64,000 nucleotides of DNA from an uncultured Ruminococcus sp. (GTDB lineage: Bacteria; Bacillota; Clostridia; Oscillospirales; CAG-272). The translations under genes were made by a program, and so were the position numbers. Under the pieces are notes generated by a model. That model ran no database searches, had not been told where the DNA came from, and saw only the letters and a program-made list of their open reading frames with translations. Below are positions 8,621 through 18,079 of the stretch, piece after piece. Each line of letters starts with the position of its first letter. Position 1 is the first letter of the stretch. The stretch spans positions 68,561 through 132,560 of the forward strand of contig CAZFVR010000003.1 of NCBI GenBank assembly GCA_964522215.1, written 5' to 3'.

Positions 8621-10231
8621 TTATTTGTTTGAGCGGCCCTTAACCTTTTTTTCGATCGAATCAAAGGAGAGGCCGTATTTTTCGGCAATATCGCGTGCGT
8701 AGCTCTTACCATCCGGCTTGGCTCTTGTTATCTTAAAGGAGCGCTGCCCCTCCTCAATGCCCGCAACAAGGGTATCTATCTTCGCTCCGCTCGGGCTTGT
8801 GCGGTCGTTTATATCATCGATCATACCGGCAAGCTCATGCAGGTGAGTGGAAAAGAGCACGCGACAACCGATAAGCGAGAAGCCGGCCAAAACCTCGGCC
8901 GCGATATACGATGCCTCAAACGCACCGGTTGAGGAGAGCGATTCATCCAAAAGTACCAATGAGCGACTGCTGACCGAGTCAATTATCGAGTCAAGCCTTG
9001 CGCATTCCTCACCGAGCCTGCCCTTGTCTATCGTATCATCTGCACCAGTGGGAAAATGCGTGAATATGGCATCGACCGGCGACACCACTGCGCGTTGAGC
9101 CGGAAAGAACATGCCCAGCTGCAGCATGGCCTGCGATATGCCGAGTGCGCAGGTGATGACGGATTTACCTCCTCGGTTAGGACCGGAAAGAACATATATC
9201 GTCGCGTTATCGTCAAATATGAGGTCGTTTGGAACCACATCCCCCTCTATCTTCAGGGCAACGGCGGGGTTGTAGAGTCCCCACGCGCTGTATGCGCGTT
9301 CGTCGGCCGGTGCGATCGTCGGCAGGCAGAGCGGACACCCCTTTGCGCGCAGGCGCGCAAGCATCCTTGTTCCCTTTACCAAGAACTCTATCTCAGGCAT
9401 CAGATCCAAAAGGAAATCGGTATTTTCCAAAACATATTGCTGAACGATCTTCTTCCATGATCTGAGCGAGGAGCTGTAAACATCGTTAATGGCGGTATTA
9501 AAGGCGATGGAGAGTGCGGTCTTTTGGTTTTCGGTTTGATTTTTATTAAACGGAACGAGCTTTGCAATGCAGGTATATTCATCATCGCGGAAATTTAGGC
9601 GAAGTATCTTTTCTATAACATCACCCGAACGGAATTGCTCCGGGTTGATGGAAAGCACTCCCGCCTCGCGAGGGCGCAGTTGAGCATCAAGATTCACACC
9701 GACGGTAACGCTCTTTATCTCTCTTACACGCTTTGTAAGCTCACAGAGCTTTTCGTTGAGCTCGCTGTAATAGTCGCTCTCCGCAAGCTCGTTTATACGG
9801 TCGCAGAGCGTGCGGAAGGCGCGACTGCGCAGCTTGTCGGATGCGGCGTTAAGCCCGTCATTGAGGGTATCAACGCTTGATATATAAAGCTCTATCTCGG
9901 TTATGCTGGCAAGATAATCGGTCGTGTCTCCGTTATCCGATTCAAGACGGCGAAGCTCCAGTATATCCCCAAGTATCGGCATTACGGAGTTCAGCGTATC
10001 GATAAGCTCGGGGTTATCAAGCAGGTCCGAAAAAGTCTCGTTACGGTATGCAATGACATCCGGATCGGAGGTAAAAAAGTCGGAAAGTGAGCCGTTTTTA
10101 AGCTCCAGGATATCGCCAAGCCCCAGCTCCCCAACTACGTATGGGCTGATATCGGGACGATCCTCCGAGCGAAGGTGACGCTCCTTTGATTCCTCGCCGG
10201 GATATATGAGAGAAAAATTTTTAAGATCCAT
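8621..10231 (-). CDS. MutS-domain-V ATPase paralog (MutS2-like protein lacking the mismatch-binding and Smr domains)
   Basis: 536 aa. Walker A GPNRGGKSV and Walker B LVLLDESLSSTG are present, with STHLHEL in the C-terminal half. The N-terminal roughly 300 aa are helical and of unknown function. Confidence 0.8.
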   Translation of the reverse strand: MDLKNFSLIYPGEESKERHLRSEDRPDISPYVVGELGLGDILELKNGSLSDFFTSDPDVIAYRNETFSDLLDNPELIDTLNSVMPILGDILELRRLESDNGDTTDYLASITEIELYISSVDTLNDGLNAASDKLRSRAFRTLCDRINELAESDYYSELNEKLCELTKRVREIKSVTVGVNLDAQLRPREAGVLSINPEQFRSGDVIEKILRLNFRDDEYTCIAKLVPFNKNQTENQKTALSIAFNTAINDVYSSSLRSWKKIVQQYVLENTDFLLDLMPEIEFLVKGTRMLARLRAKGCPLCLPTIAPADERAYSAWGLYNPAVALKIEGDVVPNDLIFDDNATIYVLSGPNRGGKSVITCALGISQAMLQLGMFFPAQRAVVSPVDAIFTHFPTGADDTIDKGRLGEECARLDSIIDSVSSRSLVLLDESLSSTGAFEASYIAAEVLAGFSLIGCRVLFSTHLHELAGMIDDINDRTSPSGAKIDTLVAGIEEGQRSFKITRAKPDGKSYARDIAEKYGLSFDSIEKKVKGRSNK

Positions 10232-10270
10232 TTTTGTTTCTATACCTTTGTTTTTTTATCTTTATCTTTT

Positions 10271-11380
10271 TTATTTATCGGTTATTCTATTCTCCGTTGG
10301 GGGAGCGTCACTACGAACGTTATCGCTCGCGGCACCATCGGCAGTGGTGTGTCCGACTCCCACCGCGCGCCGTACTTCTCCGCCAAGCGGATTTTGACCC
10401 ATCGCGCGTTCAACATCGCTGTCCGCAACATGCGTGTATATCTGCGTGGTGTTGAGCTGCTCGTGGCCGAGTATCTCTTTCAGCACTCTTACATCCACCC
10501 CGCCCTCACGGTACATGAGCGTTGCAGCCGTATGCCGCAGCTTATGGACGGAATAGTTTGCCGAGCCGAGTCCCGACATATCAAGATATTTATCCACCAT
10601 GTTCTCGACCGCCCGAGGACCCATCCTGCGACCGAGTCGACTTATAAAGAGCGCCGCGGCATCTGCCGGCGTTTGAGACTTGATCTTGCCGCTCGTGCGC
10701 TCGGCCATATGATCCGCAAGTGCGGCCTTGGTGGCCTCATTGAAATAAATTATACGTTCTTTGTTGCCCTTACCGACCACCCTTGCCGAGCGCAGGTATC
10801 TGTCAACATCGGAAATATTCATTCCGCACAGCTCTGAGAGACGTATTCCACAGTTTAAAAAGATCGTAATGATCGCAAAATCACGCACTCGCTGGCTTGA
10901 TCCGACATCTCCGAGGACGGTATCCAGCAAAAGCCTTGATTCATCAAGCGTGAGGTATTTCGGCAGTGTTTTGCGCTTATTCGGCGCATCTATGGCAATG
11001 GTGGGGTCGATATCGACCAGCTGCCGCTTTGATGTGAGGTATTTATAAAGACCCTTTATGGCAACAAGCTTACGCGCGCGTGCAGCGGCTCCGTTTTGCC
11101 GCTCGCTGTTGATGTAAAACAAAAAATCATATATTTCAGTAGATTTTACACTGCGCAAAAACTCGAGATCCACATTTTTTATATCGATGGATCTGAACTC
11201 CTCACTGTCCGGAGGCGGAACCGCCCCCTGCCTTTTTGATATCAAAAAACGAAAGAAGGTCCTGAGATCCAGCATATATTCATTTACAGTGCGCGCCGAG
11301 CGCCCCTGTATTACAAGCTTATAGCCCGCAAATTCACGCAGGACGGGAGAATAATCATCCGGATCGTATTGTGTTGCCAT
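10271..11380 (-). CDS. Tyrosine site-specific recombinase (XerC/XerD-like) with about 45-aa C-terminal extension
   Basis: 369 aa. Catalytic residues are complete: R (GIRLSELCG), K, HKLRHTAATL, GHEQLNTTQIYTHV (His and Tyr). An unusual tail follows the catalytic Tyr region. Confidence 0.85.
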   Translation of the reverse strand: MATQYDPDDYSPVLREFAGYKLVIQGRSARTVNEYMLDLRTFFRFLISKRQGAVPPPDSEEFRSIDIKNVDLEFLRSVKSTEIYDFLFYINSERQNGAAARARKLVAIKGLYKYLTSKRQLVDIDPTIAIDAPNKRKTLPKYLTLDESRLLLDTVLGDVGSSQRVRDFAIITIFLNCGIRLSELCGMNISDVDRYLRSARVVGKGNKERIIYFNEATKAALADHMAERTSGKIKSQTPADAAALFISRLGRRMGPRAVENMVDKYLDMSGLGSANYSVHKLRHTAATLMYREGGVDVRVLKEILGHEQLNTTQIYTHVADSDVERAMGQNPLGGEVRRAVGVGHTTADGAASDNVRSDAPPTENRITDK

Positions 11381-11591
11381 TTACCAACCTCATATTTTTG
11401 CGGTATTCACCCTATCCTCCGCGGGCTAAAGCATGGACGGTCTATCCTCTGTTATGTAATATGATGACCGTTTTGGTGGATAAAGTGTAAATTTTCGGGC
11501 TTGGATATTGCATTTTTTCGCCCGAGACTATATAATAAGTATATAAAATTCAGATCTAACGGCGTCATCGCCGTGAAAGGAAATTCATGCT

Positions 11592-12188
11592 ATGGACTTT
11601 TTTAAGAAAAATTCCTACACGATCGTCAAGCTGTTTATAAATCAGCTGGCGATATCTATCTTTGGCAACGTGCTTGCAATTGCCTGCGGCATGGCGGATA
11701 ACCAAACGCTTAAGCTCGTTACAAGCATTTTTGCCATTTTGTTTTTTGTGTTTTTAAACTATTCGGTCCTCTGGGAGATCGGATACAAGAACCTCCCCGC
11801 GATCGATGCCGGCCGCATGCCGCGCCGCCCGTTGACCGGTCTTTATATGGCGCTGTGGGCATCGGTTCCCAATTTTGTATTTGCAATCATTATAATGCTG
11901 GCACAGCTGTTTTGCGATATTGAGTTCTTCTCCACACTCGGCGGTATCACCTCAATGATCGCTATATGGGTACAGGGCATGTACACTGGTCTGCTCTCTT
12001 ACATCAAAATAGGCGCACAGCCGGCTAACGCCTACTGGATCTCATACTTTTTGATAATAATTCCCGGGCTGCTTGCGGGGCTTTTCGGTTACTGGTTTGG
12101 TATACTCAACCTCCACCTCACGCGGATCAACATTGCCGAAACACCGGAGGAGGCCGAAAAAAAACGTAACGCAAAGCTGGATAAATAA
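11592..12188 (+). CDS. Hypothetical polytopic membrane protein
   Basis: 198 aa with about 5 predicted TM helices. RBS GAAAGGAA upstream. No recognisable domain. The start could be 11592 or 11598. Confidence 0.5.
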   Translation: MDFFKKNSYTIVKLFINQLAISIFGNVLAIACGMADNQTLKLVTSIFAILFFVFLNYSVLWEIGYKNLPAIDAGRMPRRPLTGLYMALWASVPNFVFAIIIMLAQLFCDIEFFSTLGGITSMIAIWVQGMYTGLLSYIKIGAQPANAYWISYFLIIIPGLLAGLFGYWFGILNLHLTRINIAETPEEAEKKRNAKLDK

Positions 12189-12269
12189 CAAACATATTCC
12201 GTGCATTGCAAAAAGCTGACGCACGAGCACGAATCAAACAGATAAGTTCAAATGAGGAAAGAATGTACT

Positions 12270-12893
12270 ATGCTTGGAAAATACGATAATATAATTTATG
12301 ATTTTGACGGAACGATAGCCGATTCCTATCCCTTTTTTACTCGCGCACTCCATGAAACACTTAATAATTTTGGAATACACGACAGCTATGAGGCGGTACT
12401 TGGGCACCTAAAGATCTCCGTACGCCATTCACTGAGCTTTTATGTGCCTGATCGCCGACCGGAAGCCAAAAAGATGATGTACTCGATATATCAGAGGCTG
12501 GCGCTGGAGGAGGGGCATCCCGTCCCCGGAGTGCCGGAGGCGCTTGAGTACGCAATAGCTCACGGAAAGCGCAACTTTTTATACACTCACTCGGACAAGT
12601 TCCCTTCCATACTGCTTGAGCGTTGGGGGCTGCTTGATAAGTTTGAATTTATCATCGACAGCACTATGAAGTTTCCACCCAAGCCTGCGCCGGATGCCAT
12701 TAACTTCCTTTGCGAGCATTACTCGCTTGACAAGGATCGCACCCTGATGGTCGGTGACAGAAATATTGACGTGTTGGCAGGTATCAATGCCGGCGTACAC
12801 GGCTGCCTGTTTGATGACGGTCATTTTTACGATGATTTTAAATGCGAGCACATAATACACGATATGCATGATATGATATCGATAATAGGCTGA
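12270..12893 (+). CDS. HAD-superfamily hydrolase (phosphatase-like)
   Basis: DxDGT motif (IYDFDGTIADS) and C-terminal GDRNIDVLAG. Start chosen at the second ATG (RBS GAGGAAAG 9 nt upstream). The ORF track starts at 12252. Confidence 0.75.
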   Translation: MLGKYDNIIYDFDGTIADSYPFFTRALHETLNNFGIHDSYEAVLGHLKISVRHSLSFYVPDRRPEAKKMMYSIYQRLALEEGHPVPGVPEALEYAIAHGKRNFLYTHSDKFPSILLERWGLLDKFEFIIDSTMKFPPKPAPDAINFLCEHYSLDKDRTLMVGDRNIDVLAGINAGVHGCLFDDGHFYDDFKCEHIIHDMHDMISIIG

Positions 12894-12918
12894 CAACAAT
12901 TAAAATAAACATTCACTC

Positions 12919-12956
12919 GCTGCTGCCGCAACAAATGCGGCAGCAGCTTTTTCTTT
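12919..12956. terminator. Intrinsic terminator (mainly + strand)
   Basis: GCTGCTGCCGCA-acaaa-TGCGGCAGCAGC followed by TTTTTCTTT. Confidence 0.55.
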
Positions 12957-13016
12957 ATGATACGGCCGTCGCTTTACTTTTGCGTGCGGCGTATCTTAAG
13001 GATGCATCGTATGGCC

Positions 13017-14411
13017 TTACTTTTTTGCGGCGGCATATGTCTCGGATATGAATTTTTCAAACGCGGGCAGCACCAGCTTGTGTCCTTCGAGATTGAGGTG
13101 GCTGACGTCAGTGGGCTTCATTGAATATTTCGCTCTGAAACTGTCGCTCGTCATATCCACACCGGACAGCGCGGGATCGTCTGCGCTAAAGCAAGGCACG
13201 CCCTTGAGTGCGCATATCTCACGCATGGCATCGGCATAATCGCCTACGGTGTTGCCGATATCATTGGTACCCGAGACCTTCCAAGGCGTTACACCCATGA
13301 TCACTGCGTTGGGGTATTTTTTGATCAGACCATCAATAAGGACGTTAAGCGCACCCTTAAATGTCTTGGTATCGGTTGAATCGTTGGCGCCGATCGGGGC
13401 GAGCTTGTTATAGTCGTTTCTGCCGCCCTCAAAGATGACAATATCGGGATCGTTGCTTGCCATCGTTTTGTAGCGCACGCACATGGGGTTCTTATCCGTC
13501 ACGTAATTAGATACGGTCGAGCCGTTTTTGCCGTAATTCGTGCCCTTCATATCGTAAATGGTAGTGATAAGAGACGGCCAAACGTGGTTGGGATCAAGTC
13601 CGTTGCCCGCAAAATAGCTATCCCCGATAAAGTTGATGGTAAGTCCTTTTAGATTCGGATATTTGATATTCCCCTTTGCATTGGCGATATATGCATCAAA
13701 GGCCTCTTGTTCACGGTTGGATGCGCTGATGGTTCCCGCCTCGCCGGTAAACTCGGCGTATACATTCGGGAATTTTGCCGGGGTGAAAGACGTCTTTTGC
13801 CCCGAGCGGAAGCAAAGCCTAATATTTTCGTTATCCTTTGACGTGGTGTAAACATATGTTACACTGCCATCGGCATTGGCGACCGATATATCACTTGCCG
13901 CGTTACCGCTGCCGCGATAATTTGCGCCGTCAAGATCGATGACCCAATCGTTGTCGACCCACTTCCAGGAGGATATTACATAAGCCGCGGCTGATGCGAA
14001 ATTAATATCGCCATTTGAATTGGTGTTATCATCGGTAAAGTAGATCTTTGTTCCTGCTTTTGAGATGGTTATAACGTCGGAATAGGAGTAAGACCCACCG
14101 TTCTCCTTTATCTTGTTGACATAGTTCTGCGCGTTCTGGTCGGAGCCGACATATCCGCAGTTCCATTTTACCTCAACCATCACAGGCTCGGCGGGAGCGG
14201 GAGCTGTGGTCTCGGGGAGTGTGGTGGCGGCTTCTGTCTGTGCGGCGGCAGTAGTCTCAAGCTCTGAAGCACTTGAATTCGGCGCAGGCTCAGCAGTGGT
14301 GGATGGTGGATCGGCAGTGGTGACCTCCCCGTTACCGCCGCTCTTGCATGCGCACATTAGTGACATTAGCATCATCAGCATCAAGGCACAAAACAAAACA
14401 GACTTTTTCAC
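13017..14411 (-). CDS. Secreted lipoprotein with C-terminal SGNH/GDSL-type hydrolase domain
   Basis: 464 aa. Signal peptide with lipobox (LMCAC), a Thr/Ala/Pro-rich linker, GDSY, GGRND and DxxH (SHLNLEGH) motifs, and an N-terminal beta-rich domain of unknown function. Confidence 0.7.
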   Translation of the reverse strand: MKKSVLFCALMLMMLMSLMCACKSGGNGEVTTADPPSTTAEPAPNSSASELETTAAAQTEAATTLPETTAPAPAEPVMVEVKWNCGYVGSDQNAQNYVNKIKENGGSYSYSDVITISKAGTKIYFTDDNTNSNGDINFASAAAYVISSWKWVDNDWVIDLDGANYRGSGNAASDISVANADGSVTYVYTTSKDNENIRLCFRSGQKTSFTPAKFPNVYAEFTGEAGTISASNREQEAFDAYIANAKGNIKYPNLKGLTINFIGDSYFAGNGLDPNHVWPSLITTIYDMKGTNYGKNGSTVSNYVTDKNPMCVRYKTMASNDPDIVIFEGGRNDYNKLAPIGANDSTDTKTFKGALNVLIDGLIKKYPNAVIMGVTPWKVSGTNDIGNTVGDYADAMREICALKGVPCFSADDPALSGVDMTSDSFRAKYSMKPTDVSHLNLEGHKLVLPAFEKFISETYAAAKK

Positions 14412-14495
14412 TTTAATATCTCCTTTGGATCACTTGGTTGGATACAGTTGTCAAATTATAAATACCTTTTTTGTATTCAGTTTTGCGCGAAGCTG

Positions 14496-15125
14496 TCAGC
14501 ACATTTTTTCGCGATAAACATCGGCGATCGCTCGCGCCGAGCCATCGATACCCAAAAAAGAGCTGTCAAGCATCATGTTATAGTTATCGGGATTGCCCCA
14601 TTTTCTGCCTGTGTAGTAGTTATAGTAGTTGATCCTGCGTTTATCGGTGCGGGATATAAGGTCACGTGCCTCTTTCTCTGTTTTTGCAGCCCCGCGTTCT
14701 ATCACTCTTTGTATACGCGCCTCAAGCGGTGCATAGATAAAGACCGAAAAACGCGCCGGGTTATTGCGCAGTACATAGTCGGAGCATCTGCCTATCACTA
14801 TGCAGGGCTCGGATGCCGCAAGATCGCGAATTATCTGCGACTGTGTGATAAAAAGCTTATCATTGATCGGGACATCTGTACCGATCGATGCAGCTCCGTA
14901 GTAAGACGATCCGAGCGCCAGCGTGTAGAGCAGGCTGTTTGTAGCCTTTTCATCGGCATGGTCGAGTATCTCGCTGGACATTCCGCTTTTTTGCGCCGCC
15001 ATCGTTATAAGCTCACGGTCATACGCCTTGATACCGAGCAGCTCTGCAAGATGAACTCCGACCTCACGCCCTCCGCTTCCGTATTGACGAGCAATGGTGA
15101 TAACATAGTTGTTGTTTTCTGACAT
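14496..15125 (-). CDS. Cytidylate-kinase-like family protein (P-loop NTPase of unknown function)
   Basis: 209 aa. N-terminal ITIARQYGSGG P-loop typical of the cytidylate kinase-like (PF13189-type) family. Confidence 0.7.
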   Translation of the reverse strand: MSENNNYVITIARQYGSGGREVGVHLAELLGIKAYDRELITMAAQKSGMSSEILDHADEKATNSLLYTLALGSSYYGAASIGTDVPINDKLFITQSQIIRDLAASEPCIVIGRCSDYVLRNNPARFSVFIYAPLEARIQRVIERGAAKTEKEARDLISRTDKRRINYYNYYTGRKWGNPDNYNMMLDSSFLGIDGSARAIADVYREKMC

Positions 15126-15265
15126 GATTCGGTACCTCCTTGTATTTTAGCGGCTGTGATACACTGCCGCCGCAAAAAAATTTCTACAAATACATTATAC
15201 CACACATGCACTTTTTTTGCAATAGCGAATATTGCATCATCCCAAAAGTTATTTTATTATCATTC

Positions 15266-15294
15266 TTGACCGCGGCCGCTTTTGGTGGTATACT
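15266..15294 (+). promoter_or_regulatory. Putative sigma-A promoter of polA (TTGACC-17-TATACT)
   Basis: Near-consensus hexamers with a 17-nt spacer, about 70 nt upstream of the polA start. Confidence 0.4.
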
Positions 15295-15364
15295 ATAAAA
15301 AGTGATACCGATGACATCGATAACAGAAAGGCCCCTCGCCGCCGCGAGGGAAAATGGTAAACAT

Positions 15365-17953
15365 ATGAAAAGGATCCTTGCCGTTGACGGCAACAGCATA
15401 TTAAATCGCGCTTTTTACGGAATAAGGCCGCTATCCACTCACGACGGACTCCCCACAAACGCTCTTTACGGCATGGCGAACATGCTGATGCGTCAGCTCG
15501 CGACCCTATCCCCCACCAATTGTGCTGTGGCATTTGACCTGAAGGCTCCGACATTCAGGCATAAAAAGTATGATGCCTACAAGGCGGGCAGAAAGCCGAT
15601 GCCGGAAGAACTGGCACTCCAGCTCCCGTGGGCACATGAGCTTTGCCGTGCTCTCGGCTTTACCGTGATAGAAACAGAGGGCTATGAGGCGGACGACATT
15701 TTGGGTACGATCGCCGCTAAGTGCGACACCGACAGCGACCCTGACACCCGATGTTTTATATTTACCGGTGACCGCGATTCGCTTCAGCTTATAAGCGATC
15801 GCACCACCGTCCTGCTCGCGACCAACAAGGAGAATATAAGCTTCGACCGTGAGAGATTTTTTGTTGAGTACGGAATAGATCCCGAGGCTTTTATCGACAT
15901 GAAAGCGATCATGGGTGACACATCCGACAACATCCCCGGCATTCCCGGCATTGGCGAGAAGGGTGCGCAAAAGCTTATAGCTGAATTCGGCTCGCTTGAC
16001 GGCGTATATGCGGGTTATGCATCATCGCCCGGCATCAAGCCCGCCATGGCCGCAAAGCTCGCCGCGGGGCGTGAGTCAGCATATCTTTCACGCGAGCTTG
16101 CGACGATATACCGCGCTGTTCCTACCGTACCGGATATTGCAGAGCTTGCCTGCGGTCGCCCCGATCCCACAGAGGCACGCCGCATACTTACAAGGCTTGA
16201 ATTTGGGCGGTTGCTTGAAAAGCTCGATCTTCCGCCGGAGAAAGCAAGCCCCCACATTGTATCCTCCCCCACAGAGAGCATCAAGCTTGGCGACAGGGCG
16301 ATGCTTTTGGCAATACTCAACCGCATGAGTACCAAAACAATGCCGCAAGACGCAACAAGCGAAGAGAAAGACAGCGCTGAATGCACAGCAGTTGCGGTAA
16401 ACGAGGATGAGATATCTTTATTTGACGGCCAAACGCTTGCCAGCGCTCCTATTGACGAGGAATGCATAGCGGCACTTTGCCACGCACGCGGTATATCCTG
16501 CTATGACTGCAAGGCTGTGCGCGAGCTGATACACAGATCAAGCAGCGGACGGCTTGAGTTCAGCACCGATGCCGACATATACGATGTGATGCTTGCGGCA
16601 TACGTGCTTGATCCGCAGGGGCATTTTGAACTTCCGGCCCTTTGCGAGAAATATCTCGGAACATCCGAAGGCATGAGCGATGCCGAGCGTGTGTACCGAC
16701 TGCGCCGAGCGCTTGACGAAAAGCTTGATGATGAAGCTTCGGTAAGGCTGTTCCGACAAATGGAGATGCCGCTGGCGGGCGTTTTGGCGGACATGGAGGA
16801 GGCGGGCTTTTTAATAGACCGCGCGGGACTGGAAGAGTACGGCAAAGAACTTTCGGCGCGTGCCGACTCGCTTGCCGCAGAGGTGATGCGCGAGGCGGGT
16901 ATGGAGTTTAACATCAACTCCCCCAAACAGCTTGGTGAGGTACTTTTTGAGCGTTTGGAGTTTCCGCACGCAAAAAAGACAAAAAGCGGGTATTCAACGA
17001 ACGCCGATATACTTGAAAAGCTTGCCCCCGACCACAAGATAGTGCAGGATGTGCTTGAATACAGAAAGCTCTCAAAGCTATACAGCACATATATTGTCGG
17101 TCTTTTAAAGGTAGCGGATGAACACGGCAGAGTACACACGTCCTTTAAGCAAACGGGTACGGCAACAGGCAGGCTTTCATCCGCCGAGCCGAATCTGCAA
17201 AATATTCCGATACGGACAGACGAGGGGCGCGAGCTGAGAAAGTATTTTCTTGCCGCGCCGGGGCGCGTTCTTGTTGATGCCGACTACTCACAGATAGAGC
17301 TGCGGCTGTTGGCACATATATCAGGTGACAGTACGATGATAGAGGCCTTCCGCAGTGGTGCGGATATCCACACCTCTACCGCCGCCGCGGTGTTTGGTAT
17401 CTCACAGGCGGAGGTAACGTCGGAACAGCGCAAACGCGCCAAGGCTGTAAACTTCGGCATCGTTTACGGCATCAGCGATTTCTCGCTGGCCGGGGATCTC
17501 AGCATTCCGGTAAAGCAAGCGCGGGCATATATCGCAAATTATCTTGCATCCTACCCCGAGGTAAACGCGTATCTTAAGGATATAGTCGCCGAGGCACGGC
17601 AAAACGGATATGTAACCACTCTTTTCGGCAGACGCAGGTATATTCCCGAGATCAGCGGACACAACGCCGTAGCTCGCAAGTTCGGTGAGCGCGTGGCCAT
17701 GAACAGCCCGATCCAAGGTAGTGCAGCAGATATAGTCAAGCTTGCCATGCTGAATGTAAGCCGCAGGATAGAAAAGGAGGGGCTTGATGCAAAGCTGATC
17801 CTCCAAGTACATGACGAGCTGATAGTTGAGGCTGCGCAGAGCGACGCAGAGCGTGCCGCGCTGATACTGCGCGAGGAGATGGAGGGTGCGGCCGCCCTCT
17901 CGGTACCGCTGACGGTAGACCTCAGCACCGGTCGCCGCTGGTTTGAGATGTGA
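15365..17953 (+). CDS. polA: DNA polymerase I
   Basis: 5'-3' exonuclease motifs (ILAVDGNSILNRAFYG, KAPTFRHKKYDAYKAGR), the polymerase motifs, and a C-terminal VHDELIVE. Start set at MKRIL (RBS GAGGG upstream); the ORF track begins at 15302. The 3'-5' exonuclease DxE motif appears degenerate (FDGQT). Confidence 0.95.
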   Translation: MKRILAVDGNSILNRAFYGIRPLSTHDGLPTNALYGMANMLMRQLATLSPTNCAVAFDLKAPTFRHKKYDAYKAGRKPMPEELALQLPWAHELCRALGFTVIETEGYEADDILGTIAAKCDTDSDPDTRCFIFTGDRDSLQLISDRTTVLLATNKENISFDRERFFVEYGIDPEAFIDMKAIMGDTSDNIPGIPGIGEKGAQKLIAEFGSLDGVYAGYASSPGIKPAMAAKLAAGRESAYLSRELATIYRAVPTVPDIAELACGRPDPTEARRILTRLEFGRLLEKLDLPPEKASPHIVSSPTESIKLGDRAMLLAILNRMSTKTMPQDATSEEKDSAECTAVAVNEDEISLFDGQTLASAPIDEECIAALCHARGISCYDCKAVRELIHRSSSGRLEFSTDADIYDVMLAAYVLDPQGHFELPALCEKYLGTSEGMSDAERVYRLRRALDEKLDDEASVRLFRQMEMPLAGVLADMEEAGFLIDRAGLEEYGKELSARADSLAAEVMREAGMEFNINSPKQLGEVLFERLEFPHAKKTKSGYSTNADILEKLAPDHKIVQDVLEYRKLSKLYSTYIVGLLKVADEHGRVHTSFKQTGTATGRLSSAEPNLQNIPIRTDEGRELRKYFLAAPGRVLVDADYSQIELRLLAHISGDSTMIEAFRSGADIHTSTAAAVFGISQAEVTSEQRKRAKAVNFGIVYGISDFSLAGDLSIPVKQARAYIANYLASYPEVNAYLKDIVAEARQNGYVTTLFGRRRYIPEISGHNAVARKFGERVAMNSPIQGSAADIVKLAMLNVSRRIEKEGLDAKLILQVHDELIVEAAQSDAERAALILREEMEGAAALSVPLTVDLSTGRRWFEM

Positions 17954-17970
17954 TGACACGATAAAAAGCA

Positions 17971-18020
17971 AAAAACGATCAGCCGCCCGATGTCCTTGAC
18001 ATCGGGCGGCTGATCGTTTT
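17971..18020. terminator. Bidirectional intrinsic terminator (polA / pepS convergent)
   Basis: AAAAACGATCAGCCGCCCGATGTC-cttga-GACATCGGGCGGCTGATCGTTTT. Confidence 0.75.
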
Positions 18021-18079
18021 GTATTATTTGATCAATTATGTTTCAATACAGCCAAATATTAATATAAAAACTGTGAGGA

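Noticed and set aside
8079-8702. 207-aa plus-strand ORF
   Set aside because: Antisense to the well-supported Lrp/AsnC regulator gene; no RBS; composition artefact.
17402-17971. 189-aa minus-strand ORF inside polA
   Set aside because: Fully embedded antisense in polA, with no independent signals.
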